NCBI GenBank assembly: GCA_044866005.1
Contig: JBIOTN010000070.1
Location: forward strand, 1-48,052
From: Candidatus Rokuibacteriota bacterium
GTDB lineage: Bacteria > Methylomirabilota > Methylomirabilia > Rokubacteriales > DASRDR01
Direction of reading: 5' to 3'
DNA length: 48,052 nt
This document shows positions 12,665-23,837 of the stretch, piece after piece. How positions within the stretch are numbered: the stretch's first letter is position 1; every line of letters begins with the position of its first letter. The translations under genes and the position numbers were made by a program. A model generated the notes under the pieces. It saw nothing but the letters and a program-made list of their open reading frames with translations, made no database searches and was not told where the DNA came from.

Positions 12665-15019
12665 TCAGGTCCTCGCGCGGAGGAAGAGGAAGAGCCCCAG
12701 AGTCGCGAACAGGAAGTTCGCCGACCAGGCCCCCACGATGGGGGGCAGGACCTCCGTCCGGGCGAGCGCGACCGCCGCCGAGTGGACGAGGAAATAGCCG
12801 AGCCCGAGCGCGAGGCAGAGGGCGATGCCGATGAGGCGGCCGGCCCGCGGGGACTGGAGCGCGAACGGGATCCCGACCAGCGCCATGATGAGGTGCGCGA
12901 AGGGGAAGGAGAGCTTCGAGTAGAGGTCCACCAGGTACTTCGCCACCTTGTGCCCGCCGGCCTGCAGTCGGCCGATGTACGCGCGCAGCTCCAGGTAGTT
13001 CATGACGTCCGGCGCCTTGGGGATCTGGGCGAAGTCCTGGAAGCGCTCGGGCAACTCGAGTTTCGCCTCGCGGAAGGGCCGCGGCTCGTCGGCCTCGCCG
13101 GCGCGGAAGCGGCGCACGAAGCCCTCGCGGATCTCCCAGCTCTGGTTGAACTCGCGCCAGCGCATGCTCCGGGCGTCCCACCGCTGGCGGAGGGCGAAGT
13201 CGGGCCCCAGCTCGAAGATCGAGATCCCGCTCAGCTCCTGGTTCGCCGGGTCCAGCAGGTCGATGTGGTAGATGCGGCTCGCCGCGTCGGCCCCCTCACG
13301 GCCCCGGTACCAGATCTGGCTCCGCTTCTGGAGGTGCGGGAGCGTCCGCCGCTTGATCTTGGTCTCGTCCACCTCGACGCCCTTCTGGTTGAGCACGGGC
13401 ATGACGATCTCCTGGAAGGAGAGCGAGCCGAGGGTGACCAGCGCGGCGAGCCCGAAGACCGGCAGGCTCACACGATAGAGGCTGATCCCCCCGGCCTTGA
13501 GCGCGGTCAGCTCGTTGCTCCGGGACAGGTTCAGGAAGAGCAGGATCGTGCTCATGAGGACGACGATGTGGAGGCCCTGGTAGACGAAGGGCGGGGTCCG
13601 GTAGAGGAAGTGCTCGAGGATGTAGGCGAGCGGCGGTTTCTGCTTGATGTAGCGGTCGAGGGTGGTCATGAGGTCGCCGATGATGACGACCACCGTGGTC
13701 AGGGCGAGGCCATAGGCGAACAGGGTCAGGAACTCGCGGCTCAGGTAGCGGTCGACGAGGATCAGGAAGCGGTGGCTCGGCTGCGGCCGCCGGCGGCGCC
13801 GGCGCCGCAGGGTCGACCGGTCGGCCCCGGGCGGCGGCGACCGGCGCGCGAGCCGGCGGCCGCGCCGCGCCAGGGCGAGGCCGAGCCGCTGGAGCGGCGC
13901 GGCGAAGGGCAGGGGCCGCTCCCGGAGGCTCGCCTGGAAGAGGTAGAGGCCGAGGGCGCCCACGACGAGGTTGGGCGTCCACATCGCCGCCCAGGGCGGG
14001 AGGCGTCCCGCGTCCCCCATCGTCTCGCCGACCGTCAGGAAGACGTAGTAGAAGAGCACGATCGGCAGGAGCACCACGAATGCCGCCCAGCGCCCGCCCC
14101 GGTGCGTGCGGATGCCGAGCGGGACCCCGACCAGCGCAAAGACCAAGCACGCGGTCGGGATGGCGTACTTCTTGTGGATCTCCACCAGGTAGGCGTTCGG
14201 GTTGCCTCCCGTGCGCGCCGCGTCGGCGGCGCTCTGGTGGAGCTCGGTCAGCGTCATCTCGCGGTCGCCCTTGGGCGCCCCGCTCTCGCTGACCAGCGGA
14301 TTCTCCAGCGTCAGGGTGAGGTCGTAGAGCCGGAACATGACCTGGCGGTACTTCTGGAACGTCCGCGGCACCGTCTCGTGGACCGTGCCGTCGATCAGCC
14401 GGAGGGTGATGCGCTGGTTGGCCTCGTCGGTGATGAGCCGGCCCTCGCGCCCCGTGATCACCCGCAGCTCGTCGGGCTTCCGCTCGTCGGCCACGAAGAC
14501 GTTGCGGAGACCCATGCGGTCCGGCGCCATCTCCTCGACGTAGATCACGAACTGGCCGAAGGTGTCGTTGAAGATCCGCTCCTTGATCCCGACCGACGCC
14601 TGCGTGCGCAGGATATCGAAGATGAGCGACTTGAAGGCGTAGTTGGCGCGTGGCACCGCCTCGATCATCAGGACGGCCGTGACGGCGGCGGTACCGATCC
14701 CGAAGACGACGACCGGCCGGAGCAGCCGGAGCGGGCTGACGCCGGAGGCCTTCAGGGCGACGATCTCCATGTCGGCGGAGAGCCGCCCGAACGCGATGAG
14801 GATCGCCAGGAGGAAGCCGATCGGGATGGTGAGGACCAGAAACGCGGGCATGATGTAGGTGAGCAGCAGCAGGACCAGGTGAACGGGGACCCCCTTGTTG
14901 ATGATGAGGTCGGTGAGGTCGAAGATCTTGTCGAGGAGGAGGAGGAACGTGAAGATGAAGATCCCGAGCACGAACGGGAACGCCAGCTCCTTCCAGACGT
15001 AACGGTCGAGGATCTTCAC
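12665..15019 (-). CDS. lptF: Fused LPS export permease LptF-LptG
   Basis: Two tandem YjgP/YjgQ units (KILDRY...SADMEIVALKASGVS; LVDRY...SNELTALKAGGIS) joined by an Arg-rich linker. Confidence 0.9.
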   Translation of the reverse strand: MKILDRYVWKELAFPFVLGIFIFTFLLLLDKIFDLTDLIINKGVPVHLVLLLLTYIMPAFLVLTIPIGFLLAILIAFGRLSADMEIVALKASGVSPLRLLRPVVVFGIGTAAVTAVLMIEAVPRANYAFKSLIFDILRTQASVGIKERIFNDTFGQFVIYVEEMAPDRMGLRNVFVADERKPDELRVITGREGRLITDEANQRITLRLIDGTVHETVPRTFQKYRQVMFRLYDLTLTLENPLVSESGAPKGDREMTLTELHQSAADAARTGGNPNAYLVEIHKKYAIPTACLVFALVGVPLGIRTHRGGRWAAFVVLLPIVLFYYVFLTVGETMGDAGRLPPWAAMWTPNLVVGALGLYLFQASLRERPLPFAAPLQRLGLALARRGRRLARRSPPPGADRSTLRRRRRRRPQPSHRFLILVDRYLSREFLTLFAYGLALTTVVVIIGDLMTTLDRYIKQKPPLAYILEHFLYRTPPFVYQGLHIVVLMSTILLFLNLSRSNELTALKAGGISLYRVSLPVFGLAALVTLGSLSFQEIVMPVLNQKGVEVDETKIKRRTLPHLQKRSQIWYRGREGADAASRIYHIDLLDPANQELSGISIFELGPDFALRQRWDARSMRWREFNQSWEIREGFVRRFRAGEADEPRPFREAKLELPERFQDFAQIPKAPDVMNYLELRAYIGRLQAGGHKVAKYLVDLYSKLSFPFAHLIMALVGIPFALQSPRAGRLIGIALCLALGLGYFLVHSAAVALARTEVLPPIVGAWSANFLFATLGLFLFLRART

Positions 15020-15036
15020 CCGCGGCTCCTCGCGTC

Positions 15037-15045
15037 ATTCTAGCA
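15037..15045 (-). promoter_or_regulatory. Extended -10 element for lptFG
   Basis: TGCTAGAAT on the minus strand just upstream of the GAGGAG RBS. Confidence 0.55.
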
Positions 15046-15103
15046 GAGGCCGCCGCGCGGGCGCCGGGGCGGCCGGCGCGCGGTGGGGGGGCCCGGCGCG
15101 GGA

Positions 15104-15112
15104 TGCTAAAAT
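15104..15112 (+). promoter_or_regulatory. Extended -10 element for valS
   Basis: TGCTAAAAT ending 7 nt before GTG 15119. Confidence 0.55.
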
Positions 15113-15118
15113 GCGGTC

Positions 15119-17797
15119 GTGCCGCCATCAGCCCCGCGCGAGCCTCGCCCCCTGGAGACCTTGCCCGACCGGTACGACCCGCGCCAGGCGGAGGAGCGCT
15201 GGTACCGGATCTGGGAGGAGCGCGGCTACTTCCGGGCCGATCCCTTCGCCAAGGCCAAGCCCTACGCCATCGTCATCCCGCCGCCGAACGTCACCGGCTC
15301 CCTCCACATCGGACACGCCCTCAACAACACGCTGCAGGACGTCCTGATCCGCTGGAAGCGGATGGAGGGGTTCAACGCCCTCTGGCAGCCGGGCACCGAT
15401 CACGCCGGCATCGCCACGCAGGTCGTGGTCGAGCGCCAGCTCGCCGCCGAGGGAACGAGCCGCGAGGCGCTCGGGCGGGAAGCCTTCGTCAAGCGCGTCT
15501 GGAAGTGGAAGGAGGAGTCCGGCGGCACGATCGTGCGCCAGCTCAAGCGGCTGGGGGCCTCGTGTGACTGGGAGCGGGAGCGCTTCACCATGGACCCCGG
15601 CCTGTCCGCCGCGGTGCGGGAGGTATTCGTCCGCCTCTGGGAGGAAGGGCTCATCTACCGCGGGGACTACATCGTCAACTGGTGCCCCCGCTGCCGCACG
15701 GTCCTCTCCGACCTGGAGGTCGAGCACGACGAGCGGGACGCCGAGCTCTACTACATCAAGTACGGGCCGCTGACGCTCGCCACGGTGCGCCCGGAGACCA
15801 AGCTGGGGGACACCGCGCTCGCCGTGCATCCCAAGGACCGGCGCTACGCGCGCTACGTGGGCCAGACCCTCACCATCCCCTCGGTGGAGGGGACGATCGA
15901 GATGAAGGTCGTCGCGGACGCGGCCGTGGACCCGAAGTTCGGCACGGGGGTGGTCAAGGTCACGCCCGCCCACGATCCGGCCGACTTCGAGATCGGCCGG
16001 CGACACGGCCTCGAGGTCCGGCAGGTGATCGGGTTCGACGCGCGGATGAACGAGCGGGCCGGGAAATACCAGGGGCTCGATCGCTTCGAGGCGCGCCAGC
16101 GGGTCCTCGACGACCTGCGCGCGCTCGGGCTCCTCGAGAAGACGGAGCCCTACCGCCACCGCGTGGGGGTCTGCTACCGGTGCAAGACCGTCGTCGAGCC
16201 GCTCGTCTCCAAGCAGTGGTACCTGCGCACGAAGCCGCTGGCCGAGCCCGCGATCAAGGCGGTGCGCGACGGCCGCACCCGGATCGTGCCGCGGATGTGG
16301 GTCAAGACCTACTACGCGTGGATGGAGAACATCCGCGACTGGTGCATCTCCCGTCAGCTCTGGTGGGGCCACCGGCTCCCGGTCTGGTACTGCGACGCCG
16401 AGGGAACGACGCACGTCTCGCGCGAGGACCTCGCGGAGTGCCCCCAGTGCCGGGGGCCGCTTCGCCAGGACGAGGACGTGCTCGACACCTGGTTCTCGTC
16501 GGCGCTGTGGCCGTTCTCCACGCTCGGCTGGCCGCGCGAGACGCCCGAGCTGAAGACGTTTTACCCGACCTCGTGCCTGGTCACGGGCTTCGACATCCTC
16601 TTCTTCTGGGTCGCGCGCATGATGATGATGGGCCTCCACATCATGGGGGAGGTCCCGTTCCGGGACGTCTACATCCACGCCCTCGTGCGCGACATGGAAG
16701 GCCAGAAGATGTCGAAGTCGAAGGGCAACGCGATCGACCCGCTCGAGGTCATGGACCAGTACGGGACGGACGCCCTTCGCTTCACCCTCGCCGCGCTCGC
16801 CGCCCAGGGCCGCGACGTCCGGCTCTCCGCGGAGCGGATCGAGGGCTATCGGAACTTCGCCAACAAGATCTGGAACGCCGCGCGCTTCGCGCTCCTGAAC
16901 CTCGGCGACTACCGGCCGGCGCTGGCCCGCAAGGCCGCCCCGGCGCTCGCCGACCGGTGGATCCAGAGCCGCCTCGCGGGGACCGTCGCCGCCGTGCGGC
17001 GGGCGCTCGCCGCCTATCGGTTCAACGAGGCGGCCGGCGCCGTCTACCAGTTCCTGTGGCACGAGTACTGCGACTGGTACGTGGAGTGGTCCAAGCTCGC
17101 GCTCTATCGCGGCGACGATCCCGCGGCCCGCGCCCGGACGCAGGCCACGCTCCGCGAGGTCCTCGAGACCGCGCTCCGGCTCCTCCACCCGTTCATGCCG
17201 TTTCTCACCGAGGAGGTGTGGCAGCGTCTGCCGAAGGGCCGCGGCGCGCCGGCGAGCATCATGCTGGCGCGCTTTCCCCGGCCGCGGCGGGGGGCGGCGG
17301 ACCCGCGGGCGGAGGCCGAGATGGGCCTGCTCATGGCCGTGGTCACGGCGGTCCGGAACGTCCGGAGCGAGATGCAGATCCCGGCGGGGCGCTCGCTCAG
17401 CGTCATCGTCCGGCCGCCAGACGCGGCGCAGGCCGCGCTCCTCCAGGACGCCCTCGCGCCGCTCGGCGCACTGGCGCGGGCGGAGGTCCGCGTGGACCCG
17501 GCGGCGGTGCGCCCGCCCCGGTCAGCCCTCGGGCTGGCCGAGGGGTGCGAGGTCTACATCCCGCTCGAAGGCGTCGTGGACCTCTCCGCGGAGCGACGGC
17601 GGCTCGAGCGCGACCTCGGCCGGGTGGAGGAGGAGCTCGCGCGGCTCGAGGCCAAGCTCGCCCGCCCGGAGTTCCGGGAGCGGGCGCCGGCCGACGTGGT
17701 GGCCCGGGAGGAGGCGCGCCGAGCCGAGCAGGGGGCCCTCGGCGCGAAGCTCCGCGAGGCGCTCGAGCGGCTGCATGGGGCGGACGGCGGCCCCTGA
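15119..17797 (+). CDS. valS: Valine--tRNA ligase
   Basis: [31 protein letters not shown]-terminal coiled coil. Confidence 0.97.
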   Translation: MPPSAPREPRPLETLPDRYDPRQAEERWYRIWEERGYFRADPFAKAKPYAIVIPPPNVTGSLHIGHALNNTLQDVLIRWKRMEGFNALWQPGTDHAGIATQVVVERQLAAEGTSREALGREAFVKRVWKWKEESGGTIVRQLKRLGASCDWERERFTMDPGLSAAVREVFVRLWEEGLIYRGDYIVNWCPRCRTVLSDLEVEHDERDAELYYIKYGPLTLATVRPETKLGDTALAVHPKDRRYARYVGQTLTIPSVEGTIEMKVVADAAVDPKFGTGVVKVTPAHDPADFEIGRRHGLEVRQVIGFDARMNERAGKYQGLDRFEARQRVLDDLRALGLLEKTEPYRHRVGVCYRCKTVVEPLVSKQWYLRTKPLAEPAIKAVRDGRTRIVPRMWVKTYYAWMENIRDWCISRQLWWGHRLPVWYCDAEGTTHVSREDLAECPQCRGPLRQDEDVLDTWFSSALWPFSTLGWPRETPELKTFYPTSCLVTGFDILFFWVARMMMMGLHIMGEVPFRDVYIHALVRDMEGQKMSKSKGNAIDPLEVMDQYGTDALRFTLAALAAQGRDVRLSAERIEGYRNFANKIWNAARFALLNLGDYRPALARKAAPALADRWIQSRLAGTVAAVRRALAAYRFNEAAGAVYQFLWHEYCDWYVEWSKLALYRGDDPAARARTQATLREVLETALRLLHPFMPFLTEEVWQRLPKGRGAPASIMLARFPRPRRGAADPRAEAEMGLLMAVVTAVRNVRSEMQIPAGRSLSVIVRPPDAAQAALLQDALAPLGALARAEVRVDPAAVRPPRSALGLAEGCEVYIPLEGVVDLSAERRRLERDLGRVEEELARLEAKLARPEFRERAPADVVAREEARRAEQGALGAKLREALERLHGADGGP

Positions 17798-18455
17798 GAC
17801 GACGCCCGGTCAGGCGGATGCCGCCCTGACCCGCGCCTTCGCCGGCTGCCTCCCCGGCGGGCGCCTCGGCGGCCCGCTCCTCGCGTACGCCTCGGTCGAC
17901 TCCACCCAGGCGGTCTGTCGCGACCTGGCCGGCACGGGCGCGCCGGAGGGGACCGTCGTGGTCGCCGACCACCAGACGGCCGGCCGCGGTCAACGCGGCC
18001 GCAGCTGGATCGCGCCGCCGGGCCGGGCCCTCCTCTTCTCCTGCCTCTTCCGCCCGCCGCTGCCGGTGGCGCGGTGGCCGGAGCTGACGCTGGCCGGCGC
18101 GACCGCCGTGGCCGAGGCGCTCGAGGCGCAGTGCGGCCTCGTGCCGCGCCTCAAGTGGCCGAACGACGTCCTGGTGGGGGAGCGGAAGCTCGCCGGGGTG
18201 CTGGCCGAGGGCGTGGCGGGGCCCGCGCCGTTCGTCGTGCTCGGGGTGGGGATCAACGTCGCCCAGCGGGATGAGGACTGGCCGCCCGAGCTCCGCGGAC
18301 AGGCCGTGTCGCTGGCCGAGCTCGGCCATGCGATCGGCCGCGCGCGGCTGCTCGCCGCCGTGCTCGGCCGTCTTGCCGCCCGCTACGAGGCCCTGCTCGA
18401 CGGCGGCGCCACGCTGCCCCGGCGGCCGGGCTCGGCGTCCGGGGAGGTGTCCTGA
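17775..18455 (+). CDS. birA: Biotin--protein ligase, catalytic domain only
   Basis: [34 protein letters not shown]. Confidence 0.85.
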   Translation: MGRTAAPETTPGQADAALTRAFAGCLPGGRLGGPLLAYASVDSTQAVCRDLAGTGAPEGTVVVADHQTAGRGQRGRSWIAPPGRALLFSCLFRPPLPVARWPELTLAGATAVAEALEAQCGLVPRLKWPNDVLVGERKLAGVLAEGVAGPAPFVVLGVGINVAQRDEDWPPELRGQAVSLAELGHAIGRARLLAAVLGRLAARYEALLDGGATLPRRPGSASGEVS

Positions 18456-19285
18456 TGCTGCTCGTCCTCGACGTCGGCAACACCAACACGGTGCTCGGAG
18501 TCTACGAGGGGCGCCGGCTCCTCGCGTCCTGGCGACTCACCAGCCGCCGGGAGCAGACCGCGGACGAGTACGGCGTCTTCACGCAGACGCTCCTGCGGGG
18601 CCGCGAGATCGATCCCGCCGCGATCACGGACGTCGCCATCTCGTCGACCGTCCCCCCCGTCCAGCCGACGCTGGCGGAGATGGCGCTCCGCTACTTCGGC
18701 GTGACGCCGCTCGTGGTGGAGCCCGGGGTGAACGTGCCCCTCCCCATGCGCGTCGACTACCCCGCCGAGGTCGGCGCGGACCGCGTCGTCAACGTCGTGG
18801 CGGGAATCGAGCTCTACGAGCCGCCGCTCATCATCATCGACTTCGGGACGGCCACGACCTTCGATTGCGTGTCCTCGCAGGGCGAGTTCCTGGGCGGGGC
18901 GATCGCGCCGGGGATCACCACGGCGGCGGAGGCGCTCGTCTCCAAGGCGGCGCGGCTCTTCCGCGTGGAGCTCGTGCCGCCGCAGGAGGCGATCGGCCGC
19001 AACACGGTGACGAACATCCAGTCGGGCGTCATCTACGGCTATGCCGGCCTCGTCGACGGGCTCGTCGAGCGCATGCGCGCGGAGATCCCGGGGACGGTCA
19101 CCGTCGTCGCCACCGGGGGGCTCGCGGGGCTCATGCAGGAGGTGGCGCGCTCGATCCAGATCGTGAGCCCGGACCTGACCCTGGAAGGCCTGCGGATCGT
19201 CTACGAGCGCTCCCGGGGCGGGGGCCGCCCGCGGGGCGAAGCGGGCCGGGCCAGGCTTGACACCGCGGCGGGCGGCCCCCTATAA
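18455..19285 (+). CDS. coaX: Type III pantothenate kinase
   Basis: LDVGNTN, VGADR, IDFGTATT, GGAIAPG, ATGG. Confidence 0.95.
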   Translation: MLLVLDVGNTNTVLGVYEGRRLLASWRLTSRREQTADEYGVFTQTLLRGREIDPAAITDVAISSTVPPVQPTLAEMALRYFGVTPLVVEPGVNVPLPMRVDYPAEVGADRVVNVVAGIELYEPPLIIIDFGTATTFDCVSSQGEFLGGAIAPGITTAAEALVSKAARLFRVELVPPQEAIGRNTVTNIQSGVIYGYAGLVDGLVERMRAEIPGTVTVVATGGLAGLMQEVARSIQIVSPDLTLEGLRIVYERSRGGGRPRGEAGRARLDTAAGGPL

Positions 19286-19286
19286 T
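19257..19286 (+). promoter_or_regulatory. Consensus sigma70 promoter for guaB3-guaA
   Basis: TTGACA(19257)-18 nt-TATAAT(19281). Confidence 0.85.
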
Positions 19287-19361
19287 CTCCCAACATCTTG
19301 TGGTCGAGGTCGTGAGACGTCCCTAGGGGTAGGGTCGGGCCAACCGAGGAGGAGCGACGGC

Positions 19362-20522
19362 ATGGGGATGTGGATCGGTCGAGGCCGAAAGGCCCGGATC
19401 GCGTACGGGTTCGACGACATTGCCCTGGTCCCGGGCACGGTCACCATCAACCCGAACGAGGTGGACGTCTCCTGGGAGGTCGGCGGCCGCCGGATCGAGC
19501 TGCCGATTCTCGCCGCCGCCATGGACGGCGTCACGGATCCCCGCTTCGCCATCGAGATGGGCCGCCTGGGCGGCCTGGCCGTGCTCAATCTGGAGGGTAT
19601 CCAGACCCGGTACGAGAATCCGGACGAGGTCATCGAGCGGATCGTCTCCTCGAGCCAGGAGGAGGCGACCCGGATCATCCAGTCGATCTACGGCGAGCCG
19701 ATCAAGGAGGACCTCATCCACCGCCGGGTGACCGAGATCAAGAAGGGCGGCGGCGCCGTGATCGTCTCCTCGATTCCCCAGCGCGCCATGCGCTTCGCCA
19801 AGCTGGCCGAGGAGGCCGGCGCCGACTTCTTCGTCGTCCAGTCCACCGTGACGACCGCCCGGCACATCGCGACCGAATACGAGCCGCTCGACTTCCGGCG
19901 GCTCAAGCGCGAGCTCGCCATCCCGCTGATCGTGGGCAACTGCGTCACCTACGAGGCCACGCTCGAGCTGATGCAGACCGGCGTGGACGGGCTCCTGATC
20001 GGACTCGGGCCGGGCGCCGCCTGCACGACCCGCGAGGTGCTCGGCCTCGGGGTCCCGCAGGTCACCGCGACCGCCGACGCGGCTGCGGCGCGCGACTTCT
20101 ACTACAAGCAGACCGCCCGCTACGTGCCCGTCATCGTGGACGGGGGGATGACGACCGGCGGGGACATCTGCAAGGCGCTGGCCGCCGGGGCGGACAGCGT
20201 CATGATCGGCTCGGCCTTCGCGCGGACGCTGGAGGCGCCGGGGCGGGGGTATCACTGGGGCATGGCCACACCGCACTCGAACCTGCCCCGGGGCACCCGG
20301 ATCCGCGTCGGGGTCGTCGGCCCGCTCGAGCAGATCCTCCTCGGCCCCGCCTTCACCGACGACGGGACCATGAACCTGATCGGGGCCCTCAAGACCTGCA
20401 TGGGCTCGGTCGGCGCGCGGACGATCCGGGAGCTCCAGCTCACGGAGCTCATCATCGCGCCCGCGATCAAGACCGAGGGGAAGATCTTCCAGAAGGCCCA
20501 GCGGGTCGGCATGGGCAAGTAG
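19362..20522 (+). CDS. guaB: GuaB3-type IMP dehydrogenase (no CBS domains)
   Basis: [25 protein letters not shown] (catalytic Cys), DGG, HWGMATP; adjacent to guaA. Confidence 0.88.
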   Translation: MGMWIGRGRKARIAYGFDDIALVPGTVTINPNEVDVSWEVGGRRIELPILAAAMDGVTDPRFAIEMGRLGGLAVLNLEGIQTRYENPDEVIERIVSSSQEEATRIIQSIYGEPIKEDLIHRRVTEIKKGGGAVIVSSIPQRAMRFAKLAEEAGADFFVVQSTVTTARHIATEYEPLDFRRLKRELAIPLIVGNCVTYEATLELMQTGVDGLLIGLGPGAACTTREVLGLGVPQVTATADAAAARDFYYKQTARYVPVIVDGGMTTGGDICKALAAGADSVMIGSAFARTLEAPGRGYHWGMATPHSNLPRGTRIRVGVVGPLEQILLGPAFTDDGTMNLIGALKTCMGSVGARTIRELQLTELIIAPAIKTEGKIFQKAQRVGMGK

Positions 20523-20622
20523 CCCGCGTGGTCCCGCGGCCGGGCCGTGGGACGGGACCTCGCCGCGGGAGCGGCGCAGGGGCCGGCGCGGGGCGGCCGG
20601 CCGGCCCGACGGTGAGGTGAGG

Positions 20623-22164
20623 ATGGACAGGGTCGCCGTCGTCGATTTCGGCTCCCAGTACACCCAGCTGATCGCCCGCCGGATTCGCGAGGCCGGCGTC
20701 TACTCCGAGATCTTTCCGCCCAGCGTCCCCGTCGAGCGGCTCCTCGACTACCAGGCGGTCGTCCTCTCCGGCGGCCCGGCGAGCGTGTACGACGAAGGCT
20801 CGCCGCTCCCGCCGGTCCGCCTCTTCGAGAGCGGGCTGCCGGTGCTCGGCATCTGCTACGGCATGCAGGCAATGGCCTACCTGCTCGGCGGCGAGGTCGT
20901 GCCCAGCGATCATCGCGAGTACGGGCGCGCCGAGGTGCGGCTCGAGGCCCCGGACGTCCTGCTGGAGGGCGTCCTCCCCGACGCCGGTCCCGGCGCCCTG
21001 GCCGTCTGGATGAGCCACGGGGACTCGGTGCTCGCCCCCCCGCGCGGGTTCCGGCGACTCGGCGGGACGGGGAGCTGTCCCGTCGCCGCGATGGCGGACG
21101 CGGCGCGGCGCCTCTACGCCGTCCAGTTCCACCCCGAGGTCGCTCACACCCCCCAGGGGCGGCGCATCATCGAGAACTTCCTCTTCCGCATCGCCGGGCT
21201 CACGCCGGGCTGGTCCATGGCCTCGTTCGCGGACCAGGCGGTCGAGGCGATCCGGCGCCAGGTGGGCGATGGCCGGGTGCTCTGCGCCCTGTCGGGGGGC
21301 GTGGATTCGGCCGTCGTGGCCGCGCTCGTCCACCGAGCGGTCGGCGACCGGCTGCACTGCGTCTTCGTGGACAACGGGCTCCTGCGCAAGGGGGAAGGGG
21401 AGTCGGTGCGGCGCACCTTCCAGGAGCACTTCCGCATGAACCTCGTCTACGCGGACGCGGGGAAGCGCTTTCTGGATCGGCTGCGCGGCGTGACGGATCC
21501 GGAGGAGAAGCGGAAGCTCATCGGTGCGGAGTTCGTGGTGGTCTTCGAGGAAGAGGCGGCGCGCCTCGGGAGCGTGCCGTTCCTCGCCCAGGGCACCCTC
21601 TACCCCGACGTCATCGAGTCGACGTCGTTCCGCGGGCCGTCGGCGACCATCAAGACGCATCACAACGTGGGCGGGTTGCCGGCGGACCTCGGCTTTGCGC
21701 TGGTGGAGCCGCTGCGCGAGCTGTTCAAGGACGAGGTGCGGCAGGTGGGCACGCTCCTCGGGCTCCCACCGGAGATCGTCTGGCGCCAGCCCTTCCCCGG
21801 CCCCGGGCTCGCCGTGCGGATCCTGGGAGAGGTCACGGAAGAGCGGCTGGCCCTGGTCCGGGAGGCGGACGCGCTCGTCCAGGAGGAGGTCGACGCGGCC
21901 GGGATCGCCCGGGAGCTCTGGCAGGCCTTCGCCGTGCTGCTGCCGGTGCGGACGGTCGGCGTCATGGGCGACTTCCGGACCTATGCGCAGGTCATCGCGC
22001 TGCGCGCCGTCGTCAGCCAGGACGCGATGACGGCCGACTGGGCGCGCCTCCCGTACGACGTGCTCGCCCGGATCTCGAGCCGGATCATCAACGAGGTGAA
22101 GGGCATCAACCGCGTCGTCTACGACGTCTCGTCGAAGCCGCCCAGCACCATCGAGTGGGAATAG
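20623..22164 (+). CDS. guaA: GMP synthase (glutamine-hydrolysing)
   Basis: [43 protein letters not shown]. Confidence 0.98.
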   Translation: MDRVAVVDFGSQYTQLIARRIREAGVYSEIFPPSVPVERLLDYQAVVLSGGPASVYDEGSPLPPVRLFESGLPVLGICYGMQAMAYLLGGEVVPSDHREYGRAEVRLEAPDVLLEGVLPDAGPGALAVWMSHGDSVLAPPRGFRRLGGTGSCPVAAMADAARRLYAVQFHPEVAHTPQGRRIIENFLFRIAGLTPGWSMASFADQAVEAIRRQVGDGRVLCALSGGVDSAVVAALVHRAVGDRLHCVFVDNGLLRKGEGESVRRTFQEHFRMNLVYADAGKRFLDRLRGVTDPEEKRKLIGAEFVVVFEEEAARLGSVPFLAQGTLYPDVIESTSFRGPSATIKTHHNVGGLPADLGFALVEPLRELFKDEVRQVGTLLGLPPEIVWRQPFPGPGLAVRILGEVTEERLALVREADALVQEEVDAAGIARELWQAFAVLLPVRTVGVMGDFRTYAQVIALRAVVSQDAMTADWARLPYDVLARISSRIINEVKGINRVVYDVSSKPPSTIEWE

Positions 22165-22200
22165 GCCGGGAGGCGCCGTGACCGCGGGGGAGGGCGGCCC

Positions 22201-23166
22201 ATGGGCAAGCTGATCTTCGCGGGGGTGTTCCTCGTCGTCGGTCTCGCACTCCACGCCGCCCTGGGGCGCCAGGCGGACCGCCTGCCGGCGACCGTGCGGG
22301 CCGCGGTCTCCCACGCCCTCCTCGGCATCGCCATCGGGGTCCCGGTCGCCGTCCTCGCCTTCTCCATCTTCCGGATCATCCCCGCCGGCCACGTCGGGGT
22401 GAAGGTGCTCTTCGGCCAGGTGGACCCGGTCCCGCTGCGCGAAGGGCTGAACCTCGTGTGGAACCCGCTCTACGACGTGGTCACCATGGACGCGCGCGTC
22501 GAGAAGCACACGGCGAAGTACGACGCGGCGTCGAACGACCTCCAGGCGGTGCACGTCGAGATGGTGCTCAACTACCGCCTCATGCCGGACCGGGCACCCG
22601 ACGTCTACCGGAGCATCGGCCTCGGCTACTCCGCGGTCATCATCGATCCGGCCGCGCAGGAGGTCCTGAAGGCCAACACGGCGCTCCACAACGCGGCCGA
22701 GATCCTCCAGAAGCGGGCGGCCATCAAGGCGGACATCCACCGGGACCTCACCCTGTGGCTCGCCAAGTACGGGATCGAGATGAAGGAGGCCGCCCTCGCC
22801 AACATCCGCTTCGACGTCGCCTACGAGAAGGCCATCGAGGCCAAGCAGATCGAGGAGCAGAAGGCCGAGCAGAAGCGCTACGAGCTCATCCAGGCTCAGC
22901 GGCAGGCCGAGATCATGGCGGCGCAGGCCAAGGGCAAGGGCGACGCCGCGCGGGAGGAGGCCAAGGGGGTGGCCGACGCGCTGCGGATCAAGGGCGAGGC
23001 CGAGGCGACCTACAACACGCGCGTGGCGACGTCGCTGACGCCGGTCCTCATCCAGCAGCAGTACCTCGCCCGGTGGGACGGGCGGCTCCCCCAGTACACG
23101 CTGGGCGGCAACGTCGTCCCGCTCCTCCAGCTCCCGGGGGCGCCCACGGATGGCGGCCGGCGCTAG
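22201..23166 (+). CDS. SPFH/prohibitin family membrane protein
   Basis: Two N-terminal TM segments, IIPAGHVGV, AIEAKQIEEQKA coiled coil, RWDGRLP. Confidence 0.85.
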   Translation: MGKLIFAGVFLVVGLALHAALGRQADRLPATVRAAVSHALLGIAIGVPVAVLAFSIFRIIPAGHVGVKVLFGQVDPVPLREGLNLVWNPLYDVVTMDARVEKHTAKYDAASNDLQAVHVEMVLNYRLMPDRAPDVYRSIGLGYSAVIIDPAAQEVLKANTALHNAAEILQKRAAIKADIHRDLTLWLAKYGIEMKEAALANIRFDVAYEKAIEAKQIEEQKAEQKRYELIQAQRQAEIMAAQAKGKGDAAREEAKGVADALRIKGEAEATYNTRVATSLTPVLIQQQYLARWDGRLPQYTLGGNVVPLLQLPGAPTDGGRR

Positions 23167-23316
23167 CCCGCCGTCCGGGCGGCCGCCGCGCCTGTCCGCC
23201 GTGATCCCGTCCCGGGTGACGCGGCCGCTCGCCGCCGACGCCCTCGGGGCGGACGGCCGCGCGCAGCCGCTCCCGCCGCGCCGGCCGGAGACCGCGGACG
23301 AACGGAGGAGGCACTG

Positions 23317-23829
23317 ATGAGCATGGAGGGTATCGCGCGGCTGTTCGTGGGGATCGGGTTCCTGTGGATCGCGATCGTCCTGATCGTCGGGCTTGCGGGC
23401 GGCTTCGACAAGCCGTACGGCTGGTTCAAGCTCCTCGAAGACACGTCGGGGTGGAACTGGACCCGGCCGGTGTACCTGGCGCTCGCGCTCTTCGTCGTGC
23501 CGGTCGGGATGGTGACCCTCCTCCGCGACATCCTGAACGATCCGGTCGCCCTGTGGGTCAAGTGGTCGGCGCCGGGCGCCTTTCTCGCGATCTACGCGTT
23601 TTTCCTCGCCGCCGCGCTGCCGGACGTCGGCGGTCCGCTCTTCCAGTGGATCGAGACGGTGTCCCCCGGCGCTCCCGCGGGGAGCGCCGGGCCGCCGGCT
23701 CCGGCCGGTACCGGCGCGTGGCTCGTCCGCTTCGCCTTCGCCTTCGCCGTCCTGGCCGGCGTCCCGGGGATCGTCGGGGCCGTGGTCGGGCTGCTGACCG
23801 GGTCGAAGGCCGGGGTCCGCCGGAAGTGA
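23317..23829 (+). CDS. Hypothetical membrane protein (about 4 TM)
   Basis: GGAGGAGG RBS, hydrophobic segments, stop overlaps the dnaE frame (GTGA). Confidence 0.75.
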   Translation: MSMEGIARLFVGIGFLWIAIVLIVGLAGGFDKPYGWFKLLEDTSGWNWTRPVYLALALFVVPVGMVTLLRDILNDPVALWVKWSAPGAFLAIYAFFLAAALPDVGGPLFQWIETVSPGAPAGSAGPPAPAGTGAWLVRFAFAFAVLAGVPGIVGAVVGLLTGSKAGVRRK

Positions 23830-23837
23830 CGCCGGCC

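Noticed and set aside
15770..15830. ValRS editing motif ATVRPET instead of ATTRPET
   Set aside because: Val at this position occurs in functional ValRS enzymes and is not evidence of lost editing
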